Source of the DNA: Camelus ferus
Taxonomy: Eukaryota
Length of the DNA: 64,000 nt
Direction: 5' to 3'
Assembly (NCBI RefSeq): GCF_009834535.1
Contig: NC_045697.1
Span: forward strand, 96,474,001 to 96,538,000
The notes under the pieces were generated by a model. It searched no databases. It was not told the DNA's origin and was given only the letters and a program-made list of their open reading frames with translations. The first letter of the stretch is position 1, and each line of letters starts with the position of its first letter. Shown here in pieces: positions 38,570-51,634 of this stretch. Made by a program: the position numbers and the translations under genes.

Positions 38570-38835
38570 CCATTCATACATTCAGTAAAATTTATTGATT
38601 ACCTACAATATGGTAACCACCAGGCAGAAAGATGTACAAACTCAGAATCAGTTCTCTAGAGGCTTATAATCTACTAATGGTGTTTGCAGATATATGATCA
38701 AATAACCATAAAAATGAAGTCGGTTCTATTTCTAGTAGACGTTTGAAAATGATGTTCTATGGATCCAGAGAAGAAAGTACTTAACTCTGCATAATGATTC
38801 AAGGCCGACTTCCCAGAGGAACTATCATTTCAGCT
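38570..38835 (-). mobile_element. L2 3' end fragment
   Basis: 'cattcatacattcagtaaaatttattgattacctac...ctctagaggcttataatcta...ggccgacttcccagagga'. Confidence 0.55.
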
Positions 38836-39289
38836 AAAAGTGTTGTTTCCATTATTCAAATCCCCTCAAGTGCCAAATCTATATGTCCATATGTTTAATA
38901 AAAAGAAAAAAAAAGAATGATTTCACAGCTTCTACTCTTGTGCCCCCACAATCCATTTCTACAGAGCAGCCAGAGTGATCTCTTCAAAACGTTGTTCCAA
39001 ACAAGCCATTCTTTTGCTTACAAAGTCTGTGGTCACTGGCTCTCATACCATGATCTGTAAAGCTGAACTTATGCCATGTTCTTAATGATCCTCTGAACTT
39101 CCACTCTTCCTTCACTTAGTCCTTACTCTAGACATGTCTTTGGGGCTGTTTTTCATACATTTAAAGGCACTTCATGATGGTATTCAAATATCTTAATCCT
39201 TCACTTCATTCCAGTATCTGCTCAAACGTAATCTTGAGTGAGAAAACACTTCCCTGATTACCCTATGAAAAATTTCATCTTCTGGCCTA

Positions 39290-40200
39290 TTGTGGTATAA
39301 TAAAAAATAGATATTTGGTCTTTGTCCCCACGTCCTGGCACAGAGCTCGTAAAGCCCTTGGGAGCTCTTGTGTGATGAGTGGTGGAAGCCCTCAGGTAGC
39401 TTCAATCTCGAGGTTGATCTTGTTACCCAACTCAGGTTCAGCAGCTCACTGCTCAAAAGCCAATAATTGGAGGCAAGTGTCAGTAGAAAGGAAAGGTGCT
39501 TTCATCAGAAAAGCCAGCAATCTGGGGAAATGGGGGATTCATGTCCAGAGAGCAAATCTAAAGATTCTGCTCAGCCATGACAGTTTTTAAGGAGAAAAAT
39601 GGAGGTGTGGGGAGAAGCTGAGCGAATCACTGAGGCAGGAGGTTGGGTTCTGCATTGTTCTCCATTGTGTGCAGACTGGCTAACTCTCTCTTCAGATGTT
39701 ATGTTGCCCTGTGATCTCTCTGTAGGATTGCTAAGGGGGCTTTTGCAGGTAGAGAGCTAATCATTCTTTAACTGTTTCATTCTTCATTCTTTAAATTTTC
39801 TTTATCTAGGAAAAGAATCAACAGGTGATACAAGGCATTGTGTGCATTCAGGAGAGCATAAGCCAGGAGTTAATTTCAATTGCTTAGTGATCTCATTCCT
39901 ATAATTAGATTCTTTTAAGGTCAGAGGGGGACAGAAATGGGTGAACAGGAAAGGGGCAGAAGAGCTGTTTTCAGTCTCCACAAAGATTAAGCCATGATTC
40001 CAGGGTTGGAACCTTCAGTCTCAAGCCCAATCTACCAAGAGGGGAGAGGGTACAGAGACTGAATTCAGTCACCACTGACCAGCGATTTAATCAATCATGC
40101 CTGCATAATGAAACCTCCATAAAAGCCCCTAAACACCAGGGTTCAGAGAGTTTCTATGTGGGTGAACCCAGTGAGTGTGCAGTAGGGGTGGTTGGCCTCC
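39290..40200 (+). mobile_element. MER21-like LTR (partial), split by a younger LTR
   Basis: 'tgtggtataataaaaaatagatatttggtctttgtcccc...' and, after the insert, 'gattccagggttggaaccttcag...gatttaatcaatcatgcctgcataatgaaacctccataaaa'. Confidence 0.8.
39421..39973 (-). mobile_element. ERV1 solo LTR (MER41-like, laurasiatherian type)
   Basis: Starts tgttacccaactcagg, ends tgttttca; 4-bp flanks atct/gtct; MER21 sequence is continuous across it. Confidence 0.8.
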
Positions 40201-41332
40201 CTGTGCGCTGGGCACGGGAACTTACGTGCAGCAACAAAAGTGCTTTGTTCCTACAGACCCATGATAGCAAGAGACTCTTCTGTCTTGTTCATCACAGATC
40301 CCTGAAACCAGAAACACTGCTTTGCATATTGTAGGCATGCAGTAAATTTTGCAAATTAATATATGAATGAATGCAGGACTGCTATCTGACAATGAATGAC
40401 TATATTACTATTTCATCATTGGTCTCACAGGATATAATGAGTATATTAAAAAAACAAGCATATGTTTTGTCAGGGTGCATTAGTCTTGTGAAGCAATACT
40501 ACCAAATGAAGGATGAGAAATGAAGTACTTTGTAAACCAACTAACAAAGAATCCAAAGTAACACAAGAATCAAACAAGAGAAGGAAAATATCTTTGAGTA
40601 AAATTATCTCATATGTTCCCTAAAAGCTGTTCTTTTCATTTTGAGTTTTACAAGGTTCATTCCTTGCCCTGAGATAAAAATTATATGACTTTCCCCCTTG
40701 TTTGCTTATAGGCTATAAGATCTAAGGATCCCAGCAGGTTTTAGCTTCAAATACAAAAGGAGTAAATTCCCCCCATATGGTTTTTACATTATCCATATGA
40801 GGGTAATCAGAGAAACCAGCTAGGGAAATCAAAGGGATCAGCTGGAGACTTCCTTTTGCTAGAACTAAACAGACCAGTTCAAACAGTATGCTTCCTTGAA
40901 ATGTCAGTTTGCAAAACCAACTCTCTCTGTGAGAATGGTTTATATTCAAAAGTATTAAAAGTATTAAGACAGTCTTCTCTAAATATAAGGTATATTTAAA
41001 TGTGTTGACTAAAATATTTGTAAAATGTCTTTCTGTTACCATTTTTGTTATCCAGTGGCCTCAGCAGCAGACCAAAGCCTAACAGTAGCAAATTTTGATT
41101 TGAATTCTTCTTTCCTGAGTGAATTTTTCCTATGTTGTTCTGGCCAACTACAGAGATTTTTAACAGAAAATATAACTTAAGTAACAATATCTAAGGCTGT
41201 AGTATTTTCACATATGTAGGTGGGATCTTTTTCTTATGCAGATAATTTATAAAGTCTTTAGTGAAAAAATAGTGTCCAGCCATACAATACTGTAAGTCAA
41301 CTCTGCTTCGATTGAAAAAATAAACAATGCAC

Positions 41333-41829
41333 TGTCAGGGAGAAGTAATTTTTCCTCCATCCTTCTAGGTTTTGTGGCTGAGAGTCCCCTGTTACAAAAC
41401 ATACATTAACAAGAGAAAAACAAACAAGTTTGATAACACGTATACCGCCTGAATACATGGGAGATACCGAGGAAAACTAACACTCCCCAAAATGGTCCAG
41501 GCCACCATTTTGAATACCATCTTTAGTTAAAGACAAAAAGATTTTAAGGTGAGGGGAGGCCAGCTATGGAAGGTCACCAGAAAAAGCATGGTTAACAAGG
41601 CTAACGTGTGTTATGCAGGTTTAAATTGTTATCTTCTCCACTGATGAGTCTCTGGAAACTTAGAGTTATCATTCTCTCCCTGATAAAAGTACATTTCCCT
41701 CACAAAAGGGCAATGTCTTCTCTATTTTCAGAGATTCTCCTCTGTCTGCAGCTTCTCCAAAATAATCAGCTCAAATAATCCTTATGCCAAAAAGGCATAT
41801 TTTAGGGTGACATATTCTACTACTCTTCA
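41333..41829 (-). mobile_element. ERV1 solo LTR, MER34/MER39-like
   Basis: TG...CA ends; the reverse complement begins tgaagag...gtcaccctaaaatatgcctttttggcataaggattatttgagctg, shared with the LTR at 2873. Confidence 0.8.
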
Positions 41830-42099
41830 ATACCAGTATTGGTTTCCTATTTTTGATAATTATTCTGCAGTTATATATAAGGTGTCAACGGAAACAGGGG
41901 GAAAGATATAAGAGAATTTTATGTATTATTTTTGCAACTTTTCTAAAATTAGTTTGAAACAGAAACTTAAGATATGAAAAAGAATTTTAGCTTTTAGCTA
42001 GATAATTAGTAGACTACAGTGTAAACCATAGGGAAAATATATCCTTAAAATCATGAGACGAGAAACCTATTTAGGGAAATCGAGTTTTTAAGAAGTTTT

Positions 42100-45000
42100 T
42101 ACACTTCCACTTTCAATCATGACAGTGTATGTAGTCCTAGACTTTCTTTCTCACAGTAAACAATTATGAAACTAGACAAAATATGAGAACATTTTGGACA
42201 TTAAAAAAAAAAAAAAAAACAGGCAGAACATGACTGTGGCTCCTAGGAAGTGAAAAATCCATGAGGAAAGCCCTATGATTTATTCAACTATCTTCCTAGG
42301 GGTTTATACACATTTGTGATAGAAATGAAAGAGACCCAAGCTTTTGAAGAGGCTGGAATTTGTACAGCTGGATCCTCAAAGAGGAAAGTGAACAGGGAGG
42401 AAGGATCCTTAGGAATCTGAATGGGGACTGATTCTGAGCCCTTGCTTTAAAGTCTGAGCTGTCCACCTGCAGGGTGAGGTTCGGTGAGTCCCGGCAGAAC
42501 ACAGCTACTCTGGGACACAGTGCAGCCCAGATGCATCAGAGGATGGAGGGTCATTTATTTGAAGCCCAGCCAGAGGAGAAAGACAATACTGTTCTCATCA
42601 AAAATTCAGTTTAGATACCAGAATAAAAGTCATATTTTAATAGGAAGGACCTTACCCAAAGACTGACACAATGTGAAAACAGACCTGCCTCATCAAAGAA
42701 TAATACCAAGCCTTACAGTGTTAAAGGGAGCTACCAGTGACTTAACTGCCTGCGGGAACACAATTCAGTACCATTCAAAGACGGTGGTATTCTCATGATT
42801 CCATACAAGGTATCAATCAAAATGTTCAATATAAAATAAAAATTACTAGACATGTGAAGAAACAGGAAAGTGTGACATATAATGAAACAGGGGGGCAACT
42901 CAATACAAACCAAACACAAGAAGATCAAGCTTTTAGAATTAACAGACAAGGACTTATAAACAGCTATAATGAGTGTATAAAAAGTACATAAAAGACATAA
43001 ATGAGTGATTATTCTTTATCTCATTAGAGAAATAGAAACCAAAAAAGTTGAAATTACAGAAATCAAAAGTATGTCTGAAATGAAAAATGTACTAGTCATA
43101 ACAGCAAAAAGGACAGAGCAGAATAAAGGGTGAGTAAATATGAGGACAGTTCAAGACCTTATCCAAAATGAAAGAACACAGAAAAAAGTTTGAGTAAAAA
43201 TAAAGACACTTCAGTGGCTTCTGGGAAAACATCAAACAGACTAACATATAAGTAACTGCATTTCCCCAAAAAACAGAAGAATGAGATGAAATAATATTTG
43301 AACAACTATTTCTGAAGTTTTGATAAATTTGATGAAAAAACATCAACTTAAAGGAGAGAATGAATAAAAAATAATAAACTTTTTTAAAAAAGCAACTTAG
43401 GCACACCATTGTCAAATTGGTGAAAATAAAACAAAAAGTACTGAAATAAGCAAATAAAAGCAATATTTCATTCAGCAGACCAAAATCAATAAAGGTAGAC
43501 ATTCTCCTCAGAAACAAAGGCCAAAAACAATGCAATGGTATATTTAATGTGCTTAAAAGAAAAAACAAACTAGTAAACCAGGATTCTCTATACAGTGAAA
43601 ATATCATTTCAACATTAGTGGAAAAAGTAAATAAAACTTTTATTATTCTTGAGATAATTGACATATACATATAATTGTATTAGCTTTAGGTGCACAAATA
43701 AGGACTTAATGTATGTATATATTGTGAAATGATTACCTCAAAGTTTAGTTAACATCCATTACCATATAGTTACACATTTTTTTCTTGTGATTACTTGTGA
43801 TTTACTCTCTTAGCAACTTTCAAATATCTAATACAGCATTGTTAACTATATTCACCATGGTGTACGTTACATCCCCAGGATTTACCTACCTTATAGCATG
43901 AATTCTGTACCTTTTGACTCTCTCTACCCATTTCACTCACCCAGCCTCTGGCAACCACCAATCTGTTCTCTGTATTCATGAGGGTTTTTAATTTAATTTT
44001 ATTTTTTTAGATACCACATACAGTGAGCTTGTACAGTATTTCTCTTTCTTTGTCTGATTTATTTCACTTAGAATAACACCCTCAAAAGCCATTCATGTTG
44101 TGGTAAATGACAGGATTTGGGATTTTTTTTTTAATGGCTGAATCATATTTCATTGTGTGTATATTTGTGTGTGTGTGTGTATGTGTATGTATGTGTGTAT
44201 GTATATATATATATACACACATACATACATACCAGATTTTCTTTATCCTTTATCTGTCCATGAACACTTGGGTTGTTTCCCTGTCTTGGCTATTATAAAT
44301 AATGCTGCAATAAATGTGGGTGCAGATATCTTCTTGAGATACTGATGATATTTTCTTCAGATAAATACTCATAAGTGGAATTGCTAGATTGTACACTAGT
44401 TCTATTTTTAGAGGAACCTCCATACTGTCTTCCAAAGTGGCTATACCGATCTACGTTCCTACCAACATCCTCACCAACACTTGTTATTTCTGTCTGTTTG
44501 ATACTAACCATTCTAACAGGTGTGAGGTGATATCTCATTGTGTTTCGATTTGCATTTCCCTGATGGTTAGTGATGTTAAGCAGCTTTTCAATTAGTTGTT
44601 GGACATTTGTGTGTCTTCTCTGAAAAAAATGTCTCTTCAGGACGTCCTCCTATTTTACATTTTTAAAAAGTGATTTGTATACATTCTTTAATGCTTCAGA
44701 TTAACCCCTTATAAGATAATATGGTTTGCAAATATCTTCTATTCCATAGGCTGCCTTTTCATTTTTATTGTTCTTTTTGCTGTGCAGAGCTATTTAATTT
44801 GCTGTAGACTACTTGTTGATTTTTGCTTTTATTGCCTTTGCTTTTGGTGTCAAATCCACAAAATTATTGTGAAGATTAATATCAAGGAGTTCACTGTCTG
44901 TTTTCTTCTAAGTGTTTTGTGGTTTGGGATCTTATGTTCAAGACTTTAATCCACTTTGAGGTTATTTTTGGTGTAAGATTTTGCTCCTGTTTCTTTCTTT

Positions 45001-46100
45001 GGCATGTGACTGTCCAGTTTTCACAGCACCAGGCATTGAAGAGATTGTCCTTTCCCCATTGTGTATTCTTGGCTCCTGTTTTTTTTTTTTAATAAATTAA
45101 TTGACCATCTATGTGTGGATTTATTTCTGGGCTCTGTATCCTGTATCATTGATCTGTATGTCTGCTTTTGCGTCAGTACCATATTGTTTTGATTACTAGA
45201 GCTTTGTAATATAGTTTGAAATCAGGATGTGTGATGCTTCCAGCTTTTTCTTCTTTCTCAAGATGGCTTTGACTATTCCAGGTCTTTTGTGATGCCATAC
45301 AAATTTGGGTATTGTCCTATTTTTGTAAAAAGTGTCATTGGAATAGACATTGGATAGAAATGGCATTGAATCTGTAGATTGCCTTGTGTAATATGCACAT
45401 TTTAACAATATTAATTCTCCCATGAGCACAGAATATCTTTCCATTTACTTATGTCTTCTTCAGTTTCTTTCACCAATGTCTAAAATAAAACTATTACTGA
45501 TAAATTAAGGCTGAGAGAATTTGACAGTAGTGGATCTGCAACATGAGACATGCTAAAAGAATTTCTTTAGAATGAAATAAAAATGTGGATTTGCAGCAAC
45601 AAATGTAAAACACCAATTAAATGGAGCAAAAATAATTATATTATATTCTGTAGTTTATAATGAACATAAACCTAAAATTTACAACAAGCGTATCATAAAT
45701 GACATGAACAGTAAGTGGAATTATACTGTTGTAAGGTTCTTATATTCTACATGAAGTAGAACAATTTTAAGTCTAAATAGATTCCGATATATTAATAATG
45801 CATAGTGTAACCCCTCAAGCAACTACTTACAACAGTATAAAGAGACATAGCTAAAAAAGCAATTAGAGGAATTAAAAGGGTATATAAAATATTCAATTAA
45901 CCTAAAATAAAACAAAAGAATAAAAGAAGAAAAAAAAATCAGAGGGGACAAAAGGAAAATAATAGCAAAATAAGAATGCTTACACCCAAACCTATGAATA
46001 ATTTCAATAAATACAAATAGACTAAACATTCCAATTGAAAGGCAAAGACATGCACAACACAGTTACATGCTAATCACAAGATAAACACCTTAAATGTAAT
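42100..46100 (+). mobile_element. Old L1M 5' UTR/ORF1/inter-ORF region, interrupted by a younger L1
   Basis: A-rich sense L1 ORF1-like text ('aaattactagacatgtgaagaaacaggaaa', 'aaccaggattctctatacagtgaaaatatcatttcaa') that resumes after 45482 up to 'actaaacattccaattgaaaggcaaaga'. Confidence 0.75.
43639..45482 (-). mobile_element. 5'-truncated L1 (ORF2 3' part plus 3' UTR; L1MA-type)
   Basis: ORFs [14 protein letters not shown] and ...[21 protein letters not shown] are L1 ORF2; exact 10-bp TSD aaataaaact (43629-43638 / 45483-45492); internal TG/TA microsatellite at 44165-44230. Confidence 0.95.
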
Positions 46101-46559
46101 ATCAGTGACAGGAGTACAGGAGCAGTTATTCCCAAGCTAATTTTTGATTTTCACAATAAATTTTGAAAATGAAGCTATTCAAGATTGCAGAGACTCATGC
46201 TGGCCAATTATCTAAATGACCTTTCTCATTCTTCTCAAGGGACACAACATGGGGCAGTTGGGGTACAAGGTTTCTATTTTTCTTTTTCTGAGGTTTAAAT
46301 ATTTGAACACTGACCCATGTAATAGTACAGATCCTATATCAGTGTCCACTTTTCTCAAAGATTAATTGCATGATCCATTAATTATGCCAGCCTGAAACGT
46401 GGGAATAAACTATGACACTGTAGTTATTTTTATCCTCTGTGTTCAGTCCATTCATCATGCACTCTTTACCCTTTGAATACCCCATGAATTGAATTATTTT
46501 CCCCCACAACCCCAACAACCATTGTATCTTACTTGTACCATTAAAATTGTGCTTTAACT

Positions 46560-46762
46560 CAAATGTTGAATTTTTCTGTAAAGAGCTGGACAGTAAATAT
46601 TTTGGCTATGTTGGCCATATTATCATTGTCACTACTGTGTAGCACAAAAGCAGCCATAGACAACAAGCAAATAAACAGACCAAGTCATGTGTGTGCACCA
46701 GTAAAACTCTACCTACAGAACCAGGTAAATTTTGTTGATGGGCTGGAGTTCTGCTGATTCCC
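46560..46762 (+). mobile_element. MER58A-like hAT-Charlie DNA transposon, within an L2 fragment (~46400-47200)
   Basis: 'tttttctgtaaagagctggacagtaaatatt...tgtagcacaaaagcagccatagacaac...ccagtaaaactcta'. Confidence 0.75.
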
Positions 46763-47249
46763 ACAAACTCATTTATCTGAATCCATCCTAAACCTCGACA
46801 GTTCATTCTCAGTAAGAAGATATTTTGAAATGTAAGCCCCCTCTCCACTGAACCCTTAAATATCCTTTCATTTCTCTTCATATAAAATGAAACATCCTGA
46901 TCTGACTACAAAGCGCAGCACAGTCTTCCTGACTCACTCACTCCGACCTCAGCGGCACCATGTCCACCTCATCTCCAGGCTTTCTGACCTTCTTTTGCAC
47001 CACAGCAGTCATGCACAGACTCTTCTGGGATGATGTTCCTTCATCCTTCATCCTAGTAAGCATCTTAACTCAGTTTAACTATAGAAGACTTTCCCGGCCA
47101 CCTCTAATAGGTAAAATCTCCCCATCCAATATCCTCACATTTTCTTACACATCTCCTTACACACAGTCTTCTCCAAAGCTTTTCATAAGTTTATAATTAG
47201 TTGATAAATAACTAGTAGCTTTAAAAGCTCTTATTTATGATATTGCTAA

Positions 47250-47460
47250 GAGTTCTTTTAAAAAACACGTTTTAAATGCTTTATATGCATTATCTGACTA
47301 AATCCTCCCAATGATCATAAGATAAGAATTCATTACCTAATTTTCTGGTTATAAAACTGAGGCCTTGGAAATTATCTGCCAAGTCAGACAACGAGGAAGA
47401 TGCTTCTATATCAACCTAGGCAGTCTGACTTCAGAGTCCCTGCTCTTAACTACTGCAAAA
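47250..47460 (-). mobile_element. MIR SINE
   Basis: 'tgctttatatgcattatct...aatcctcccaa...aaaactgaggc...aacctaggcagtctgacttcagagtccctgctcttaactact'. Confidence 0.75.
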
Positions 47461-47546
47461 TAATGGCTATCCCTTCACTTAGACTGTAAATACTGGTTTT
47501 CTCTTCTTAATGCATATTGCAGAGATAAATGCACTATATACTACAA

Positions 47547-47571
47547 ACACACACACACACACACACACACA
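47547..47571. repeat. (AC)12 microsatellite
   Basis: Directly visible. Confidence 0.95.
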
Positions 47572-48451
47572 GGTCGATGTATGAAGGGGTAAAATTACTG
47601 AAATTCAGCCTTTCACAAAATAGACTACATGTTCCCTAAGAAGTGTAGAGATGCGGACGGCCTGGATTTATGGAAAGAACATAAAAGAGTGTGGCCAGTA
47701 GACTGAAACTTTGAAGGAAGAACACAAGCTGGCCTCCCCCCATCACAAGAGGAAGCCCTGCGTTGTTTCCCTTTCACCCAGTGAAGGAGATGAAGTATCA
47801 GGTCTTACCCATTCACCTGATCGGTTTGCCAATAATCAAGAAACCAAGGGGTAGCCAGAGAGGATGGATGAGAGAATCCAAAGGCCAACACTGTGTTTCT
47901 GTTGCCCCCTTTCTCCACCCCTACGGAAACAAATGTAGCTTCACACTGAGTTTTCGTCAAGAGTCTGTAAGTAGCTCTTTAGTCTCCATTGGAGGGGGAA
48001 GAACAAGTATATTGCAAAGTCTTATTTGAAACACCCAGAGTTACAAGGGGCTTTTGTAATATATAAGTAATGAGTATAGTCACAGGCTGGAAAGCAAAAG
48101 GATTAAAAACTAATGAATAAGCAAGTAAGTTCACTGAACTGTTAATTTATATCTTAAGGTATAAACAATAGATGTAAGTTTTGATTATATGTTGTTATTT
48201 CTCACATTCATATTTAACAAATCCATTCATATATTTAATGTTTTGCAATGTGAATTCTACGTGAACATTGGAGTTGTCATTAGACTTCTATTGCTTAGAT
48301 TGGCTTTGTGTTAAAACAGAATGACATCAAGAGAGTCAACATTTCCATACATTAAACATGTGGAAGTGCTCCAACTAACTAAATTGTGCTAAAAACAGAA
48401 GACAGCCAAATTTGCATCAACCAGATTCTTTTGCTACCTAGACATGATTAT

Positions 48452-48454
<3 letters not shown>

Positions 48455-48482
<28 letters not shown>
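48455..48482. repeat. (TA)14 microsatellite
   Basis: Directly visible. Confidence 0.95.
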
Positions 48483-48487
<5 letters not shown>

Positions 48488-48527
48488 TTTTTCAATTGAG
48501 GAAAGAACTTTTTTCAGTAGAGTTAAT

Positions 48528-48697
48528 TGTAGGGGAGGAGGTTCAGGCCCCCTATCTAAATTAGTTTAGACAGTTCAGGGGGAGGTAAAAAGCTTTTCCT
48601 GAGTCTGCCTGGCCTTGATTACCTTCAGCTCAAAGTAATTCTCATGCCAAAGCGGTGCATTTCATGTGGGGGGAGGGGCGTATTCGCCTCCCCTTCA
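48528..48697 (-). mobile_element. Short (internally deleted) MER34-group LTR
   Basis: TG...CA ends; 'ccttcagctcaaagtaattctcatgccaaag' parallels 'cagctcaaataatccttatgccaaaaagg' in the LTR at 41333-41829. Confidence 0.55.
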
Positions 48698-49169
48698 CAG
48701 TAAATATACCACGTACAGTTTTTTATTCAAATTATTGTTGATGGAATATAATTTTACTTTATTTGTAGCTGATTTCCTTTACAAAGTGAGATGTATGTCT
48801 ATTCTGTATTTTTACTCTCTATTGATACATCCCTAGAAGAATATGATCAAATAATTTTGTAGTTACTGGATGGAGACTTGAATTTACTCCTATAGAGGCT
48901 CCAAGATTCAGCCTTTTCCAGGGTTTGTGATACGGGACCAAGGGGAGACTGTTTATTGGATTGCCCATTTGCCCCAGTTCTGCTAATCCACGATCATTTG
49001 GTATTTCTCAATCTCTCTCCCTCTTTCTCTATACTATACTTATAAAAATGTCAAATTACCTTTCCCAAACCCAACTCTTAAGAATAAATGAACACTCCAA
49101 AAGAAAAGCGACACACTTAAAAAAATGTAGTAAAAATTATAAAGAAATACAAAAGGCTGGGAAAATATT

Positions 49170-49870
49170 TTTAACCCAGCATCACCAGTAAAAAAAGTAA
49201 TTACCATGAAAATGATCACATTGGCATAATTAAGAAAAGTGACAATACAGATTGTAGATTAGACCTAAGTGCTAGGCTCTCATACACTGCTTTGGTAATG
49301 ACACACCCACACAGCTCTTTTAAAGATCAGTTTGGTTAAGCACATGAATTGTATTCACAATGTGCAGAAATTTTGTCATAGTAGTCATGTCTACTAAGAA
49401 TTTATTCACAGGAAGTAATCACATGGACAAGTAACAATGAAATTTTGTTTATTGGAGTGTCAGTTGTAATATGAAATGGAAATTACATTAATGATGAATT
49501 ATGACACTTGTTTTAATAAATTTAGGGACATTTTAATGGGATACTATAAAATGAGATAGCATTGTTAAATTGGAAAAATGTTCATGATATTTCATAATAT
49601 ATTTTTATAATCTTATGTATAAGCCACATCAGAGCATATAAATAGGAAAAATATATTTCCTGGTAGGACCTGTACAGTCTTAGTTTATACTTCCTGCCCT
49701 AGTGTAATTATTAAAAGCACTCTCAAAACCATCCTAGTTTACATGATAAATTTTATGGCCAATCTATGTATAAATAAAACCTTCACAATAGTTATTTTTA
49801 AATGGTAGTATTATGACTAATTACTTCTCTTTCAACTTTGTTGTATTTTATCATTTTTCAACAGAGGAAC
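49170..49870 (+). mobile_element. Ancient L1ME-type 3' region
   Basis: 'ctcatacactgctttggtaatg', 'ggacattttaatgggatactat', 'tggaaaaatgttcatgata'; highly diverged. Confidence 0.5.
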
Positions 49871-51634
49871 TATTATATTACAAGTATCAGAAGATAATAC
49901 ATTTGTTTTGTTATTTTAAGCTATTCCTCTTGTTAAATGTTAATTCTCTGTTGTAACTTGTCTGTTTTCCTTTCTTCTCTGTGAAGCAGTTTGCTTGACC
50001 CTCAGATCAGACTCTCAGGTTGCTAGACAGGTTTGGTACAATTTAATGTAAGTCATTGGCTGGCAACAGGGAAACAAGAGAAACCCTAAATTTGTCAATC
50101 ATTTTTATTTTCCAGATTCACAGTTGTTAGACATTGTCGTTCTTCATTTAAGTCAAATCAAAGGAATGGGTACATATGATTTAATAGAAGTTTAACTTCT
50201 CTTCTGGAAAGAATACCAAGATTCATGTGTAGGAAAAAAATAGCATTTTCCTGGCGGCTCCTTCTCAGATTTCTTGTTTGACTTCTGTTTACATTTTTGA
50301 TCTGCATACTACCTTCCAGATAGAGCCCATTTCCTCCGTCTGTAATCTGGGTATTATAGAACTGGGTTTCATAGATTTACATTTAATATTCCATTGGAAA
50401 TATTTACACGTGTCAAAGAGTCAAATATAAAAAGAGGTGGTGGGAATAAATGAAAAAATATATCATAAATTTACATATTCCTTCTTTCCTTCAAATGCAT
50501 ATTTTCGATGACCTAAATGTGGAAGACAGACTTTTTTTTTTTTTTTATAATTCTCTGGGATTCAAAAGAAACTGTGCCTTTGATTGTTGAATGGCTCAAA
50601 ATCTAATGGAGTACTTTATATCTAAATACCTTATGTATATGCAGGATTGATAGAAACTGTATGACTATAACTTAACATATTGTAATGAGATGAAGAACTA
50701 GACACAAAATAAGCTAGTTAACATCTCATGCCCTATAAGATATTCAATAAAATTAGGAAAGAAAAAAAAAAGTTTACCAAAGAGAAAATGTGTGCAAATA
50801 AGAGACCTTGATAGGGCCTCCAAAAGTGCCTTGGTATTGATCATTTCAAGGCCTGACATACATAATTAAGAAAAAAGTCAATGTTATTTAGTAACAAATA
50901 CAATTCTGTGAAAGGTTCCTATTTATTTTTCAGCTCTTCATATATTATCATATTGAGTTTCTAGGTGACTCTAAATCTACTTATAAGTTTTGTGAGTTAA
51001 AAGCTCAAAAGAAACTCATTGACTTAAACAATTCAAATTAAATTTACATGTAGAGTCACTAGAGAAAATTACTGTGAAACATTTTTCAAATTTAAAATAA
51101 AAAAATGTAATATAAGAATTGAATAAAAAATTCCTAGTACATAATCAATCTCTCTTCAATTGGCTATGCTATAGTTAACTATGCTCCATGTTTTCCCATT
51201 GCCTTGATGTGTTAAAAACAATGTGTTATTTTTTTAAATGAAGCACCAGGTGTCCTGATACTATGTATAATGATACACAATTTCCCTTTGTTTTACCTAA
51301 TAAGTTTCCAGCTGAAGTCCATCCAAACTTTCATGATAGCTACAATATATCCTGTCCTTTCCAGCTTGACACAATATTATATCTAATACTCATATCATGT
51401 CTTACAAATTTATGACATAAAAAATGCTCAGAGCTGTAAGCTATTTCTCTTTCACTATGCTGTTGTCTTTAGTCTAACTTTAAAAATAAACATTTAAATT
51501 TTGCAGTTAAGGGCTATCAGTAAGGTTATCTTAATTTAATATAAAATGTGTAGGTTTCAATTGAAAGGAGAAAGTATTTAAAAATTAACTGTGTATAATG
51601 TATCAATTCAGTAAAGTAACAATTTCTTTCATAA

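Larger units (their letters stand above)
38860..40375 (+). mobile_element. L2 3' region, split by a MER21 insertion
   Basis: 'ccacaatccatttctacagagcagccagagtgatctctt...ttccctgattacccta' then resumes ~40250 'tgtcttgttcatcacag...gtaggcatgcagtaaa...tgaatgaatg'. Confidence 0.7.

Noticed and set aside
43092..43670. 192-aa ORF, the longest in the window
   Set aside because: Antisense of A-rich L1 ORF1-like sequence; the F/L/S-rich composition is an artefact.
50101..50175. Plus-strand acceptor ttttattttccag followed by an open frame
   Set aside because: No good donor and no recognisable peptide.
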